A stretch of DNA of 64,000 bases from Terriglobia bacterium (GCA_963815855.1 CAWFIJ010000017.1:13416-77415); one strand, 5' to 3'; numbered from the stretch's first letter, positions 1-11,853 are shown. Numbers and translations: made by a program. Notes: a model not told the origin generated them from the sequence alone.

Positions 1-60
1 ACACCGGCGGGTATGCCGGCCGGAAAGCCGGCATGGCAAGCTGAAAGCTTGCTCCACGCG
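1..60. repeat. REP1-type hairpin-module repeat (partial, cut by window edge)
   Basis: ATGCCGGC-CGGAAA-GCCGGCAT (13-34) then GCAAGC-TGAAA-GCTTGC (36-52). Same module grammar as the copies at 2839, 13231, 27101, 33111 and 58633. Confidence 0.6.
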
Positions 61-71
61 CCGAGAGCGGC

Positions 72-2764
72 TTAGTTCGCTGCCGAAGCGTTCCAGCCGT
101 CCAGCTGAATCTGTACGGGTCCGCCCAGATCCTTGCGGTGAACCGTCGCCGTGACTGCCCGCGTTTCGCCGGGGAGCAGCGAGAAATCGTTGTCCTCCCA
201 AACACGGGAGCGATGTCGCGGCCGGCGGCGACGACGCGCAGGTGCACGAAAAAGGCGAGATGCGTGGTCGGGTTGGCGACTGTGATGCGCTCCGATTTCA
301 TCCGCGCCTTTGGATTCGGCGCGCGAGGCAGCTTCAACTGCACCGGCGGGAGTTGATCGAGCGCGGTGAAATCGGCGTAGGTTCTTGAGCGGCGTGGTGT
401 ACCAATTGGCTGCCTTCCAGTCGGAGACGTCCGGCTTGCGTGGAGAGCCAGTAGAAGTTGGAGCCCGGCGAGCGCGCCGGCGTGGTCGCGCAAGTCCAGC
501 TTGACGAAGTAGACGGCGGAGAGGCCGGCGATTTCGGGAAGCGTCGAGCACGCGGGTGGAGCTGTCCGCGGCGATATCGACGGGCGCGGACTTCGAAATT
601 TCTCGGCTGCGTCCAGGTTGTAAACCTTGGCCGTCACGGTGTAGCCGGGGAAGGCGCGGTAATAGGAGTTCACCACCACCACCGAGCGATCGTCGTAGGA
701 ATACTGCACGTGCAGCGGCTCGCTGGCTATTCTTGGTGCCGAAATAGCCGCCGCCGGGGCGCAGGTACTAGTCGTAAAGATGCCAGATGATGGAGGGCCA
801 GGCGTTGTTGAGCATCCACTGGACCACGCCGGTGGCGGCGTACTTGTTGCGGCCGTAGGCCTCGAACATGGCGCGCTCGCCTTCGTAGGCCATCACCTGG
901 CTCTTGCGGACGTAATCCTCCAGGTCCTTGGCCTTGCCGTAGCGGTTTTCGAGGGCCGTGGTGAAGAGCCTTGACGGTGCGAAACTCGCCGCCGCCGGCG
1001 TGGAAATTCCAGAACTCGTCGATGGGCCAGAGGTGCTCCTTGGGCAGCATCTCCCGCAGGCTGGCCAGCTCCGGGATGGCCGGGCCGGGGCTGGTTTCGG
1101 TGTTGAAGCCGAAAGCGCCGCCTGGCCGAGACAGGCCGGCGCGGCGCGCGGCGGCTGACTCGTCCTCCCTCGCGCGGGGCGCACTGCCCGCCCTCGCCGG
1201 CGGGACGCGTGCCGGGATCCTGCAGCCAGTAATTGGGCGCCACGTAATCGTACGGGCCGGTCATTTTGACGCCGGTTACGCCCGGCGCCTGGGGTGGTGC
1301 GGTCGGCGGCGGAAGAGATGTAGGGGTCGGGCCAGCGCTCCTCTTCGAGCACCTTCAGGTAGACCTTTTCGGCATCGGGAACGGGCGAATTGTCGCTGCC
1401 GTAGAGAAAGGCGAGGACGCTGGGGTGGTTGCGGATGCGCCGCAACTGGTCGCGCAGCGATTCGCCGGCGATGGTGTAATCCTCGGGCTTCCAGTTTCGC
1501 CAGCGCTCCCAATAGGAGCAGCAGCACCAGCCGGCCATGACCAGAATGCCCTGGCGGTCGCAAGCCTCATAGAAATGGTCGTTCATGAGCTTGCCTTCCA
1601 GGCGGATGGTGTTGAGGTGCATGTCGCGGACGTAGCGCAGCTCGTCGTCTTCGCGCGCGGGCGAGAAGCGCAGCATCATGTCCTGCGTCCAGCCGCCGCC
1701 GCGGATCAGGATTTTCTGGCCGTTGATCTGGAAGAGGCGATGCTTCTGCGCGTCGAGCTCGGAGGTGACTCGGCGGATGCCGAAATCGAATTCCTGGACG
1801 TCGGAGACCTGGCCGCCGACGATGAATTCCAGGCGGGCGCGATACAGATTCTGCGGGCCGAGCGGGTAGGGCCACCAGAGCTTGGGATTGTGGATCGTGA
1901 GCTGCGGGTAATCGGCGGGGGTGAGCGCGGTGCTGAGGTTTTGGTGCGGCCCAAGCTTCACGCTGCGCGACACGGAGATATTGCCGATGGTGGCCTTGAG
2001 CGTGCCTTCGATTTCACGGCCGGAGGCGTTGCGCAAGTCCGCGGCGAGGGTCAGGCCGGCGGAATCGAGCGAAGGGGCGAGATCGGTGAGCGCCTGCGGG
2101 TGGCGCACGGCCACCGGGCCGCTCATCAGCACGTAGACATCGCGCACCAGGCCCATATCTTTATCCGGCGGCATGGGGTTCCAATCCACGAAGGTGAGGC
2201 TGAGGTCGTTCTGGGTGGGCGGGAGCACTTCGACGGCCAGGGTGTTGACGCCGCCGGGCGAAGCGAATTCGGTGATATCGAATTCGAACATGCGGTACAT
2301 GCCGGCGGCCTTATCCGCGGCCGCCGATCTGGTGGCCGTTGAGCCAGATGTTGGCGCGGTAGTTGATGGCATCGAAGTTCAGCCAGATGGTCTTGCCTTT
2401 GGCCGAGGCGGGCAGGCGGAAGGCGGTGCGATACCACCACGATTTGGCGAACGGGCTATCGGCCGGCATGGGCAGGTTGGAGAAATTCTGGCCCGACGTT
2501 GTAGCTGACCCCGGGATAGGAACGGAGGTTCATGCCGAAATCAGGGTCGGGGTAGACCTTGTTGGCGACCAGCGCGGCCACCACGGTGGAGGGAACGGAC
2601 GTGGCGTACCAGGCGCGCGCCTGGAAGGCGGCGGTGGAGATGACGGCGCCATTCTCCGCCACGCGGGCGGAAGCTTGGATGCGCCAGTCGAGATCGAGAC
2701 TGACGCGGGTGGAAGGCTGAGCCAGGAGTACGGGGCAGAGGGCGGCCAGAAGCAGGCAACGCAT
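72..2764 (-). pseudogene. GH2-family glycosidase (exo-beta-D-glucosaminidase/beta-mannosidase-like), frame-interrupted as assembled
   Basis: Fragments in several minus frames join into one protein. ORF 2456..2926 gives the signal peptide MRCLLLAALCPVLLAQ. ORF 768..2372 gives the core (LFQINGQKILIRGGGW, NTIRLEGK, ILVMAGWCC). ORFs 893..1264, 727..1050 and 72..551 give the C-terminus. At least 4 frame changes. Confidence 0.75.
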
Positions 2765-2838
2765 ACGTCCGCACGGTAACACGGTGCGAGGCGGGGTGGA
2801 CGGGTAGTCCTGTATACCGCTCCCCGGCGGTCGCCCTT

Positions 2839-2952
2839 CCGTAGCGCCGCCTTCCAGGCGGCCCGTGCCGGCTTCCCAGCCGGCATTCCACGGCAACGAC
2901 GTATGCCGGCAGGTATGCCGCGGCATGGCCGGCCGGAAGCCGGCGCTACAGG
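2839..2952. repeat. REP1 composite palindromic repeat
   Basis: CCGTAGCG-GCCGCC/TTCCA/GGCGGC ... TGCCGGC/TTCCCA/GCCGGCA ... GCCGGC/CGGAA/GCCGGC-GCTACAGG. Terminal 9-bp inverted repeat GTAGCGCCG/CGGCGCTAC. Lies between the GH2 start and the tauE stop. Confidence 0.7.
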
Positions 2953-2968
2953 CTGGCGCGCAGGCGCT

Positions 2969-3718
2969 CTACAGCGCTCGCCAGCAAAGTTGCAGGCCCA
3001 CGAACATCAGCCAAAGGCACAGCACCGCCCGCAGCGGCTTGGCCGGCAAAGCGCCGGAAAGCTGTACTCCCGTCAGCCCGCCCACCATGCCGCCGGTGAG
3101 CAGCGGCTTGAGAATCGCCGGGGTGGCGTGCGCCATGCTCCAGTGCACGCCGCCCCCGAGCAGCGACAGGCCCAGACCGAAGCAAATGTCCGTGCCGATG
3201 ACTGTCGCCGCGGCCAGCGGCGTCAGGTTCATGAGCGCCAGCGTGCCCAGGGCTCCCGCCCCGGCCGAAGAAAAACCCACCTCCGCGCCGATCGGCAGCG
3301 CCACCAGCGGCAGCCAGCCCGAGCGGTCTTTGGCCACGCAACTGTTGTGCTGGCACCACCACAACCGCCACAGGTTGAATGCCGCCGTGGCCGCGATGGT
3401 CCCGCCCAGAACCGAAGTCAACAGCGCCGATTGTCGCGACGCGCTCAGCTTTTCGAGCAGCAGCGATCCCGCCAGCACGCCCGGCAGCCCGCCCGCCAGC
3501 AGACGCCCCAGGATGCGGAAATCCACCTGTCCGCGCCACAGATACGCCGGCGCCACCAGCATCTTCACCGCCGCCGCGAACAGCAGCGACACCGTCACCG
3601 CCTCTACCGGCGGCACGCCCAGGAACAGGATGAGCACCGGCGCGGTAACCACCCCGCCGCCCACCCCCGTCACCCCGATCGCCACCGCGATCAGAAATCC
3701 CAGCAGCACCGCCAGCAT
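2969..3718 (-). CDS. TauE/SafE family sulfite exporter-like membrane protein
   Basis: ORF 2969..3793. Internal start MLAVLLGFLIAVAIGVTGVGGGVVTAPVLILFLG is the typical TauE N-terminus. Polytopic and hydrophobic. ATG lies 1 nt after the cysH stop. Confidence 0.85.
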   Translation of the reverse strand: MLAVLLGFLIAVAIGVTGVGGGVVTAPVLILFLGVPPVEAVTVSLLFAAAVKMLVAPAYLWRGQVDFRILGRLLAGGLPGVLAGSLLLEKLSASRQSALLTSVLGGTIAATAAFNLWRLWWCQHNSCVAKDRSGWLPLVALPIGAEVGFSSAGAGALGTLALMNLTPLAAATVIGTDICFGLGLSLLGGGVHWSMAHATPAILKPLLTGGMVGGLTGVQLSGALPAKPLRAVLCLWLMFVGLQLCWRAL

Positions 3719-3719
3719 A

Positions 3720-4481
3720 TCAGTTCCCTTCGGAAACCCCTTGTGACCGCTCCGCCGGATCTTCCCGCAGGTCCGGTCCGCCGGAGGCGGCATGCCGCCC
3801 TGCCAAGGGCTTGGCCGCCCCGATGTGGATGCCGCACTCCAGCTTGTGCCCGCCCCACCGCCCCGACCGCAAATCCTCCTGGCTGGCCGGCAGCGACGTG
3901 CACGGCGCGCACCCGATGCTGGTGTATCCCGCCTCGTAAAGCGGCAGCGCCGGAATGCCGGATTCCTTCAGGTAAGCCCAAACCTCGCGGTTGCGCCACG
4001 CCGCCAGCGGGCTGATTTTGCGCAGCTCTTTTCCCGTCGGCAGGCGGAAAACGTCGCTCGCCAGCAGATTGGCGCGCGTCGGCGATTGCTCCCGCCGCAG
4101 GCCCGTAAACCAAACCTCGTACCCTTCGAGCGCCCCGAACAGCGGCGCCACTTTGCGCATCGCGCAGCAGCGGTCCGGCGCCGTCTGGTACAAAATCCCG
4201 AACTGCGCTTCCTGGTCCGCCACCGTCTGCGCCGGCGTCAGATTCACCAGGTTCAGATTCCAGGCGGCCGCCATGCGGTCGCGGTACTCATAGGTCTCGG
4301 CGAAATGGTAGCCGGTGTCGAGGAACAGCACGGGGATTTCCGGCCGCTCGCGCGTCACCAGGTGCGTCACCACCATGCACTCGGCCTGAAAGCTGGAGGT
4401 CACGCACGCGTTCTCGCCCGCTTCCGCCAGCGCCTCGCGAATCAGGGCGCGCGCTTCTTCGATTTGTTTTTCTAAATCCAT
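3720..4481 (-). CDS. cysH: Adenylyl-sulfate (APS)/PAPS reductase, Fe-S type
   Basis: [10 protein letters not shown]... start at 4481 inside ORF 3720..5012. Motifs DRCCAMRKV and SIGCAPCT (CC...CxxC) plus the catalytic ECGIH. Confidence 0.9.
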   Translation of the reverse strand: MDLEKQIEEARALIREALAEAGENACVTSSFQAECMVVTHLVTRERPEIPVLFLDTGYHFAETYEYRDRMAAAWNLNLVNLTPAQTVADQEAQFGILYQTAPDRCCAMRKVAPLFGALEGYEVWFTGLRREQSPTRANLLASDVFRLPTGKELRKISPLAAWRNREVWAYLKESGIPALPLYEAGYTSIGCAPCTSLPASQEDLRSGRWGGHKLECGIHIGAAKPLAGRHAASGGPDLREDPAERSQGVSEGN

Positions 4482-5911
4482 CTGGCCGCGATCTCCACCT
4501 CGAATCCCGCTTCCCGCAGCACGCGCACGGCTTCCTCGTGCCATTCGGTCAAAATTGCCGTCTTGCGCTCCCGCGGGCCGCCGTCGCCCGCCGGCGGCTC
4601 GATCGCCCCCGCGATCATCCCCGCCGCTACCGTCGCATTGGTTCGCGGGTCGATCGCCACCAGGCAGCCCGTCCTCCGGTTGGCCCGGTACGGATCGAAA
4701 TACAGCGGCCGCATGGCGTCGATCTCCACCACCCCAATCTGGTTCATCTCGAGCGTGGCCGCCGCCTCGCCCTCCAGCGACTCGATGTTCACCCGGTGGC
4801 GCACCGCGCGGATTTCCGCCGGCACCAGCTGCGCCCCGTGTTTCAGCAGGTATCGCCGCGAACCGTCCATTGGGCGTTCGTTCATCCACACCAGCGTGGC
4901 TTCGAAATGCCGCGAGGCCTTCGGCGCATCGCCCTCGCCCGCCGCCATCAAATCGCCGCGGCTGATATCGATCTCGTCCTCCAGCACCAGCGTCACCGAC
5001 ATCGGCGCCCAAGCCTCGTCCAGGTCGCCGTCAAACGTCACGATCCGGCTGACGCGCGTGCGCCGGTTGGCCGGCAGCACCAGGATCTCGTCTCCCGGCC
5101 GGACGCTGCCCGAAGCGATCTGCCCCGCGTACCCGCGAAATTCATGGTCGGGCCGGATGACGCGCTGCACCGGAAACCGGAACGGCGCCGCCGCCGCGCG
5201 GTCCGCAATCTCCACCGTCTCCAGGTGTTCCAGCAGCGCCGGCCCGTGGTACCACGGCATCCGCGCGCTGCGCGCCACCACGTTGTCCCCGTGGAGCGCG
5301 CTGATGGGGATAAAGGTGATGTGCGGCGCCCCCAGCCGCTCCAGAAACTCGCCGAATTCCGCGCGGATGGCTTCAAACACGCCCCGGTCGTAGTCGACCA
5401 GGTCCATCTTGTTCACCGCCACCAGGAAATGCGGAATGCCCAGCAGGGAAGCGATGCAGGCGTGCCGGCGGGATTGCGCCAGCGCCCCGTTGCGCGCATC
5501 CACCAGCACAATGGCCAGGTCCGCCGTGGAGGCGCCGGTCATCATGTTGCGCGTGTACTGCTCATGCCCGGGCGTGTCCGCGATGATGAACTTGCGCCGC
5601 GCCGTGGCGAAATACCGGTAGGCCACGTCGATGGTGATGCCCTGCTCCCGCTCCGCCCGCAGGCCGTCCGTCAGCAGCGAAAAATCCAGCGGCCCGGCGT
5701 TCCGGTTCACCGAGGCTTTCGCCATGGCGTGGACTTGGTCTTCGTACACGTTCTTCGAATCGTAGAGCAGGCGCCCGATCAGCGTGGACTTGCCATCGTC
5801 CACGCTCCCGGCGGTGGTGAAGCGGAGCAGGTCCTTCCGCGCCTCGCCCGCCAGGAAGGCATCTACATCGAAGCCGCTGTCGGCAAGCGGAAAGGTTTGC
5901 GTAGCCGCCAT
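4472..5911 (-). CDS. cysN: Sulfate adenylyltransferase subunit 1 (GTPase), no APS-kinase domain
   Basis: MAATQTF... start at 5911 within ORF 4472..6826. G-motifs [21 protein letters not shown]. Intact 480 codons. ATGA overlap with the cysD stop, and a 10-nt overlap with the cysH start. Confidence 0.9.
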   Translation of the reverse strand: MAATQTFPLADSGFDVDAFLAGEARKDLLRFTTAGSVDDGKSTLIGRLLYDSKNVYEDQVHAMAKASVNRNAGPLDFSLLTDGLRAEREQGITIDVAYRYFATARRKFIIADTPGHEQYTRNMMTGASTADLAIVLVDARNGALAQSRRHACIASLLGIPHFLVAVNKMDLVDYDRGVFEAIRAEFGEFLERLGAPHITFIPISALHGDNVVARSARMPWYHGPALLEHLETVEIADRAAAAPFRFPVQRVIRPDHEFRGYAGQIASGSVRPGDEILVLPANRRTRVSRIVTFDGDLDEAWAPMSVTLVLEDEIDISRGDLMAAGEGDAPKASRHFEATLVWMNERPMDGSRRYLLKHGAQLVPAEIRAVRHRVNIESLEGEAAATLEMNQIGVVEIDAMRPLYFDPYRANRRTGCLVAIDPRTNATVAAGMIAGAIEPPAGDGGPRERKTAILTEWHEEAVRVLREAGFEVEIAARWI

Positions 5912-6826
5912 CAGAAGTAACCCTCCCGTTTCTTCATTTCCATGGAGCCGTCCTGGTCGTGGTCGATCACCCGGTTTTCCCGCTCCGACCGCCGGAATCC
6001 CACCAACTCCTCGATGATCTTCGGAATCGTGTCCGCCTCCGAGCGGATCGCGCCCGTGCACGGACTGCACCCCAGCGAGCGCATCCGGCATTTCACCAGC
6101 TTCGGGCTCTCCCCCGGCAGCATGGGCACGAACGGCTGCTCCAGCGAAATCAGAGACTCGCCCCGCACCAGCATCCAGCGCTCTTGCGCGAAGTACAGCG
6201 GTACCACCGGAATATTTTCCACGTGAATGTAATGCCAGACATCCATTTCGGTCCAGTTCGAAAGCGGGAATACGCGGATGCTCTCGCCCGGCTCGATGCG
6301 CCCGTTGTACAGGTTCCACAGCTCCGGCCGCTGGTTTTTCGGGTCCCATTGGCCGTGCACGTCGCGGAACGAATAAATCCGCTCCTTGGCGCGCGATTTC
6401 TCCTCGTCCCGCCGCGCCCCGCCGAAAGCCGCGTCGAAGCCGCCCTCCCGCAGCGCATCCAGCAGAGATTGCGTCTTCAGCAGGCCGCAGCAGCGCTGCG
6501 TTCCCAGCCGGAACGGGTTGCGCCCCTTCGGCCAGCGCCGCCTCGTTGCGGTGCACAATCAGCCTGACCCCCAGCCGGGCCGTGTACGCGTCGCGGAACT
6601 CGATCATTTCCCGGAACTTATATCCCGTGTCCACGTGCAGCAGCGGAAACGGAATCGGCCCCGGATGGAACGCCTTCTGCGCCAGCCGCAGCATCACCGA
6701 CGAGTCTTTGCCGATGGAGTACAGCATCACCGGCCGCTGGAATTCCGATGCCACTTCGCGGATAATGTGGATCGCCTCCGCCTCCAGCGCCTCCAGGTGC
6801 GTCAGCCGTCGCATTCCACAGAGCAT
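5911..6826 (-). pseudogene. cysD: Sulfate adenylyltransferase subunit 2, one frame change as assembled
   Basis: The N-terminus ([28 protein letters not shown]) is in the frame of ORF 4472..6826. The C-terminus ([16 protein letters not shown]...[16 protein letters not shown]...) is in ORF 5911..6558. The switch lies near 6517-6527. Confidence 0.85.
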
Positions 6827-6926
6827 ATCACGTCAATGGTCACAATGTCTATGGGAATAGGGGTGAATACGGTCGACGTGGCCTTGGGATTGCACCTTAC
6901 CAAAGTGAAGCCTCAAGAGGTGGAAT

Positions 6927-7680
6927 ATGTACACCGGATTTAAACAGCTTGAGCGTTTAACCTTATCGGCAGCACTGGCGCTCGGTCTGGTCGGCATCAC
7001 TGGAACCGCCCAGGCCAAGTGGTCGAACTGCAATAGCGCCAATCGCTCGGTCTCATACAACAGCTATAACCAGTTTCATTCCCGAATGACCATCAGCCAC
7101 GTCCAGCGAGTGCTCCGTAAAGACGGCTACTATCGCGGCCGCATCGACGGTCTGGACGGCCCCGAGACGCACGCCGCCCTCCGGCACTTCCAGCGAGACA
7201 AGGGGTTGGCCATAACCGGTCGGCTCACTCCCCGGACCATGTCCACGCTCGGCGTCCCGGTCTCCGGACAGGCCAGCCGCAGCCAGAACTGGGAACAACA
7301 ACCAGAATACCAGCCGGAATTCCGGCGCTTACGGCTACAACAACAACATGCAGCCGCAACAGTCTCAGAGCAATATGCCGGCTCAGAGCAACATGCCGGC
7401 CAACCAGGCTGGCAACGGCAAGCCGGCCAACCAGGCCAACAGCGGCAACCAGAACAACACGGCCTTTCGCGAAGAACAACATGAACGGCTCGGCCACACA
7501 GCGTCGGTGGTCCGCACCGTCCAGCGCGATCTCCAGCAGAAAGGTTTCTATAGCGGCGCGGTGAACGGCGTCCTGGGCCCGCAAACCCGGGAAGCCATCC
7601 GCAAATTCCAACGCACCAACAATCTGAGTGACACCGGCCGGCTGGATCAGCAGACGCTCAGCCGCCTGGGTGTGGATTAG
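6927..7680 (+). pseudogene. Secreted protein with two PG_binding_1 (peptidoglycan-binding) domains and a Q/N-rich linker, one frame change
   Basis: ORF 6927..7484 has a signal peptide ending TGTAQA and VQRVLRKDGYYRGRIDGLDGPETHAALRHFQRDKGL. ORF 7348..7680 has VQRDLQQKGFYSGAVNGVLGPQTREAIRKFQRTNNL. They join near 7270-7290. Confidence 0.7.
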
Positions 7681-7741
7681 TTCTTTTTCGCAGCGATCTA
7701 CAGACCTCTCGATCGCCGGGGCCGGGGTCACCCGGCCCTTC

Positions 7742-8253
7742 TTATCTCACCGTGAAATCCACCGAAGCCACCACATTCTCCCAAGCCAGTTCCAGTTTGC
7801 CGCGGTTGCCGCCGAGCCCGGTCAGCGTCATCTTATAGGTTTCGATGGGCGCGGCGGGCCTCGTGATCGTCATCGGCACGCGGCCCAGGTCGGCCGACTT
7901 GGTCGTAGTCCAGCCCCCATTCGCCGGTGCGCTTGTTGACGATGAGCTTCCACGGGGTGGCGCCGGTGTCCACAAACAGGGTGTAATTGCCCGCGGGCAC
8001 GGTCAGGTTGCCGATCTGGAGCGGCGCATCGGTGTGCAGCGCGGTGGCCTCGTTGGCGCCCGCCCGCCAGACCGGATAATGCGGGTCGTTGCTGATGATT
8101 CCACCCGGTCCGAAAGCGTGGCGATGGCGCAGCGACGGCGCCGAGTACTTGATGGAAATGGTCTTTCCGACCGATCGAGACGGAGGTCTCGGCCGGCGGG
8201 CTGGGCATCTGCGCCAGTGCGAAGCCGGCCGTCAAGCAGGAGCGTGATTGCAA
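7742..8253 (-). pseudogene. DUF2911-like secreted protein, frame-interrupted
   Basis: My own minus-strand translation of about 7900-8160 gives ISIKYSAPSL...YPVWRAGANEATALHTDAPLQIGNLTVPAGNYTLFVDTGATPWKLIVNKRTGEWGLDYD. The N-terminal signal is in ORF 7870..8253 and the C-terminus is in ORF 7742..7975. Confidence 0.65.
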
Positions 8254-8340
8254 ATCGCATCATGAGTACATTGTGTCAAACTAAGGTCATGCCCATCGTG
8301 CCGTTCGCAGTTCTGCGCGGCCTGCTCGGCGGCGTTATGC

Positions 8341-8592
8341 GTGGTGTTCGCCCACATGGCCGGCCGCACCTGGATGGGCGTCCGCAAACGCCGGGTGCGC
8401 CCGGCGCGTTTCTACGCCTGGCTCCTCCGCACCGCCGCCTGCGCCGCGGTGTTGCTTTTCCGCAATCCGCTCGACACGCTCACCATCGTCGTCTGGACTC
8501 TGGCCGCCGCCGCTTTCGCCGCCGGCGCGTGGGCCGTCTCCCGCGAAAGACCGCCGGAAGACCTGACGCAACAGATGTTCCCAGAGCCGTAG
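8341..8592 (+). CDS. Hypothetical small membrane protein
   Basis: ORF with two hydrophobic segments. It may extend upstream to the ATG at about 8289 through a frame change. No recognisable family. Confidence 0.3.
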   Translation: MVFAHMAGRTWMGVRKRRVRPARFYAWLLRTAACAAVLLFRNPLDTLTIVVWTLAAAAFAAGAWAVSRERPPEDLTQQMFPEP

Positions 8593-8651
8593 CGGCACAC
8601 GCAGCCAGGTAGCTGGCATACCGGGCCGGGATTGCTACAATCTCTGTTTAC

Positions 8652-9575
8652 ATGTCACTCATCGTCGTTGGCTCCGTTGCGTATGATGGCGTGGAAACGC
8701 CGCACGGCAAAGTGGACCGCATGCTCGGCGGCGCCGCCACCTATATTTCTCTCGCCGCCAGCTACTTCACCCCCGTCAAAATCGTGGCCGTGGTCGGCGA
8801 CGATTTCGCGCCGGAGGATTACGATCTGCTCGCCTCCCGCGATATCGGGCTCGGACGGCCTGGAGCGCGTCCCCGGCGGCAAGACTTTCTTCTGGGCGGG
8901 CGTCTACTCGGCCGACATGAACGACCGCACCACCCTCCGCACCGACCTCAACGTCTTCGCCGGCTTCGACCCCAAGCTGCCGGAATCCTACCTGCGACTC
9001 GCCCTACCTGCTGCTCGGCAATATCCAGCCGGCGCTGCAGCGCAGCGTCCGCACCCAGATGCCCGGCGCCCGCCTCACCGGCGGCGACACCATGAATTAC
9101 TGGATCAACGATTACCGCGCCGAGCTGCTCGAAACCCTCCGCCAGTGGGACTTCCTGCTGATCAACGACAGCGAAGCGCGCCTGCTTTCGGGCGAGCACA
9201 ACCTGCGCCGCGCCGCCGCCAAGATCATGGAGATGGGCCCGCACACCCTGGTGATCAAGCGCGGCGAGTACGGCGCCATCCTGTTCCACCACGGCTGCCA
9301 CTTCTTCGCTCCCGGCTATCTGCTCGAAGACGTCTTCGATCCCACCGGCGCCGGCGATTGCTTCGCCGGCGGCTTCATCGGCTACCTGGCCGGCCGCGGT
9401 GTTCAGCCGTCGCGACGGCAATCTGGATATGGACGAGCTGCGCCGCGCCGTGATCTACGGCTCCGTGATGGGCAGTTTCTGCTGCGAGAAGTTCGGCGTG
9501 GACCGTTTCCGCACGCTCACTCGCGAGGAAATCGAGGGCCGCTATCAGGAATTCAAAAGCTGCACCTCGTTTTAG
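8652..9575 (+). pseudogene. PfkB-family carbohydrate kinase, frame-interrupted
   Basis: MSLIVVGSVAYDGVETPHG... in ORF 8652..9095. DFLLINDSEARLL and DPTGAGDCFAGGFIGYLA in ORF 9059..9772. The tail ELRRAVIYGSVMGSFCCEKFG... ends at TAG 9573-9575. Confidence 0.75.
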
Positions 9576-9603
9576 CCCGGGCCAGGCCGCCGTCTTTTTC
9601 GGT

Positions 9604-11038
9604 TTGCCCCTGCTCAGCGCGGCCGCCGTCTGGTATTTCTACTCCCGCGGGTACCTGCTCTGGTACGGCGATGCCGAAGCGCATCTCAACGCCGCCCGCC
9701 GCCTCTTCGATTCCCAAACTCCCGGCGCCAGCCAGGTGGGCACGCCGTGGCTGCCGCTGCCGCATTTTCTGACCGCGCCCTTCACGGCGGTGGACGCCTG
9801 GTGGCGCAGCGGCATCGCCGCCGCCGTTCCGGCCGCGTGCGCCTTCGTGGCCGGCGGCTTTTTCCTGTTCGCCGCCGCCCGCCGCATCTTCCAATCCACC
9901 GCCGCCGCCGTCGCCGCCACCGCCCTGCGCCGCCTTCAACCCCAACCTGCTCTATCTCCAATCCACCTCCATGACGGAGGCCTATTTTTCGGCGAGCTGG
10001 CCGCGCTTCTGTATTTCACCGTCGCCGATTGCCCCAGTCCTGGCCGCGCTGCGCTGACCATCGCCGCCACCTTCACCCGCTACGAAGGCTGGTTCCTGCT
10101 GCCGTTCGCCGCCGCCTGGTTCTTCTTTCGGCAAACCGCGCCATGCAGTGCTGTATGCCGCCATCGCCGCGCTCGGTCCGCTGGCCTGGCTGCCCACAAC
10201 TGGTACTGGACCGGCGACGCCCTCGCCTTCTATCGCGGCCCCTATTCCGCCCGCGCCATCCAGCACGGCCTGCCCTATCCCGGCCTGCACGATGCGGGCG
10301 CCGCCTGGCTCTACTACCGCACCGCCGTCGCCCTCTGCGCCGGTCCCGGGCTGCCGCTGATGGCCACGGCCGGCGCCGTGGTGGCGCTGGCGCGAAAAGC
10401 CGTCTGGCCCCTAATCCTTCTGGCGCTTCCGCCGATCTTCTATCTCTGGAGTATGTACTCGTCCGGCGGAACTCCCATCCACGTGCCCGGCCTGTGGCCG
10501 CATTCCTACTACAACACCCGCTATGGCCTGGCCGCCCTGCCGCTGCTGGCCTTTGCCTCCGCGGCGCTGGTGCTGGCCGTTCCGCCGCGGCTCCGCGCCA
10601 TTACCGCCGTGCTCGTCATCCTGGCCGGCTCCGTCCACTGGGCCGTCCATCGCCGACCCGAAGCCTGGATCACCTGGGCCGAATCCCGCGCCAATTCCAC
10701 CGGCCGCCGCGCCTGGACCGCGCAGGCCGCGCAGTATCTGGCCGCCCGTTACCATCCCGGCGTCGGCATCCTGTCCTCCGGCGGCGACGATTTTTTCGGC
10801 ATCTATCGCAGCGCCGGCATTCCGCTGCGCGAAACCTTCAGCATCGACAACGGCCTGGCCTGGGATGCCGCGCTGGCGCGCCCCGATCTCTATTTCCGCC
10901 AGGGATGGGCAGTCGCAGGCAGGGCGACGAACTGGACGACGCCATCCGCCTCTCCGGCCAGTATCAGCTCTCGAACTCACCATCGTCGAAAAGGATGAGC
11001 CGGTCATCGCCATTTACCGGCGCATCGGAGGCCCATGA
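9604..11038 (+). pseudogene. Polytopic membrane protein, GT39/ArnT-like putative glycosyltransferase, frame-interrupted
   Basis: ORF 9604..10998 (WYGDAEAHLNAARRLFDSQTPG, many TM segments). Frame hops include 10029..11294. The C-terminal tail ELTIVEKDEPVIAIYRRIGGP is in ORF 10523..11038. ATGA overlap with dapF. Confidence 0.55.
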
Positions 11039-11836
11039 AAATTCCCTTCACCAAGGCGCACGGCGCCAAGAACGATTTCCTGCTCACCTGGCAACGCGGA
11101 CGCGCCCGAGGACGATCTGCCGGCCCTCGCCCGCGCCATCTGCGACCGCCATACCGGCGTGGGCGCCGATGGCTGGATGCTGGTCGCGCCCGCCCGCGAC
11201 GCCGACGCCGAAGCCGCCATCCGGCTCTACAACTCCGACGGCAGCACGGCCGAAATTTCCGGCAACGGCACGCGCTGCGCCGCCGCATTGCTGATCCGCC
11301 ATGGCCTGGCGCCCGGGCGTGGTCCGCATTCGCACCGGCGCGGGCATCAAGACCCTGCGCCTGCTGGCCCGCTCCGAACCTGGAATTTCGAGTTCGAAAT
11401 GAATATGGGCCGCGCCGAGATGCGCGACCCGCGCCTCGACCTGCCGCTCGCCGCCGGCCCGCGCGAAGTCACCCTGGTCTGGGTGGGCAATCCGCAATGC
11501 GCCGTGCCCGTGGACGATTTCGATTTCGACTGGCGCGCGCTGGGCGCCGAAATCGAATCGCATCCGCACTTTCCCGATCGCACCAACGTTTCCTTCGTCA
11601 AGCGCGTGGACGCAACACACCATCGATGTGCGCTTCTATGAGCGCGGAGCGGGCGAGACCATGAGTTCCGGCACCGGCTCGACGGGCGCCGCCGTCGCCG
11701 CTGTGGCCCGCGGTACAGTGGAATGGCCGGTGTGCGTGCAGACTCCCGCCGGCCCGCTCGAAATCCGTTGCCAGGACGACGATTTACCTGACCGGCCCGG
11801 CCGAAATCGTCGCGCGAAGGCGAATTCTTCGTGTGA
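11035..11836 (+). pseudogene. dapF: Diaminopimelate epimerase, frame-interrupted
   Basis: MKIPFTKAHGAKNDFLL, GADGWMLV...YNSDGSTAEISGNGTRC, VWVGNPQCAV, YERGAGETMSSGTGSTGAA are spread over ORFs 11035.., 11159.. and 11628... The stop is read as TGA 11834-11836. Confidence 0.8.
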
Positions 11837-11853
11837 GAAAATCGCTTTAATCA

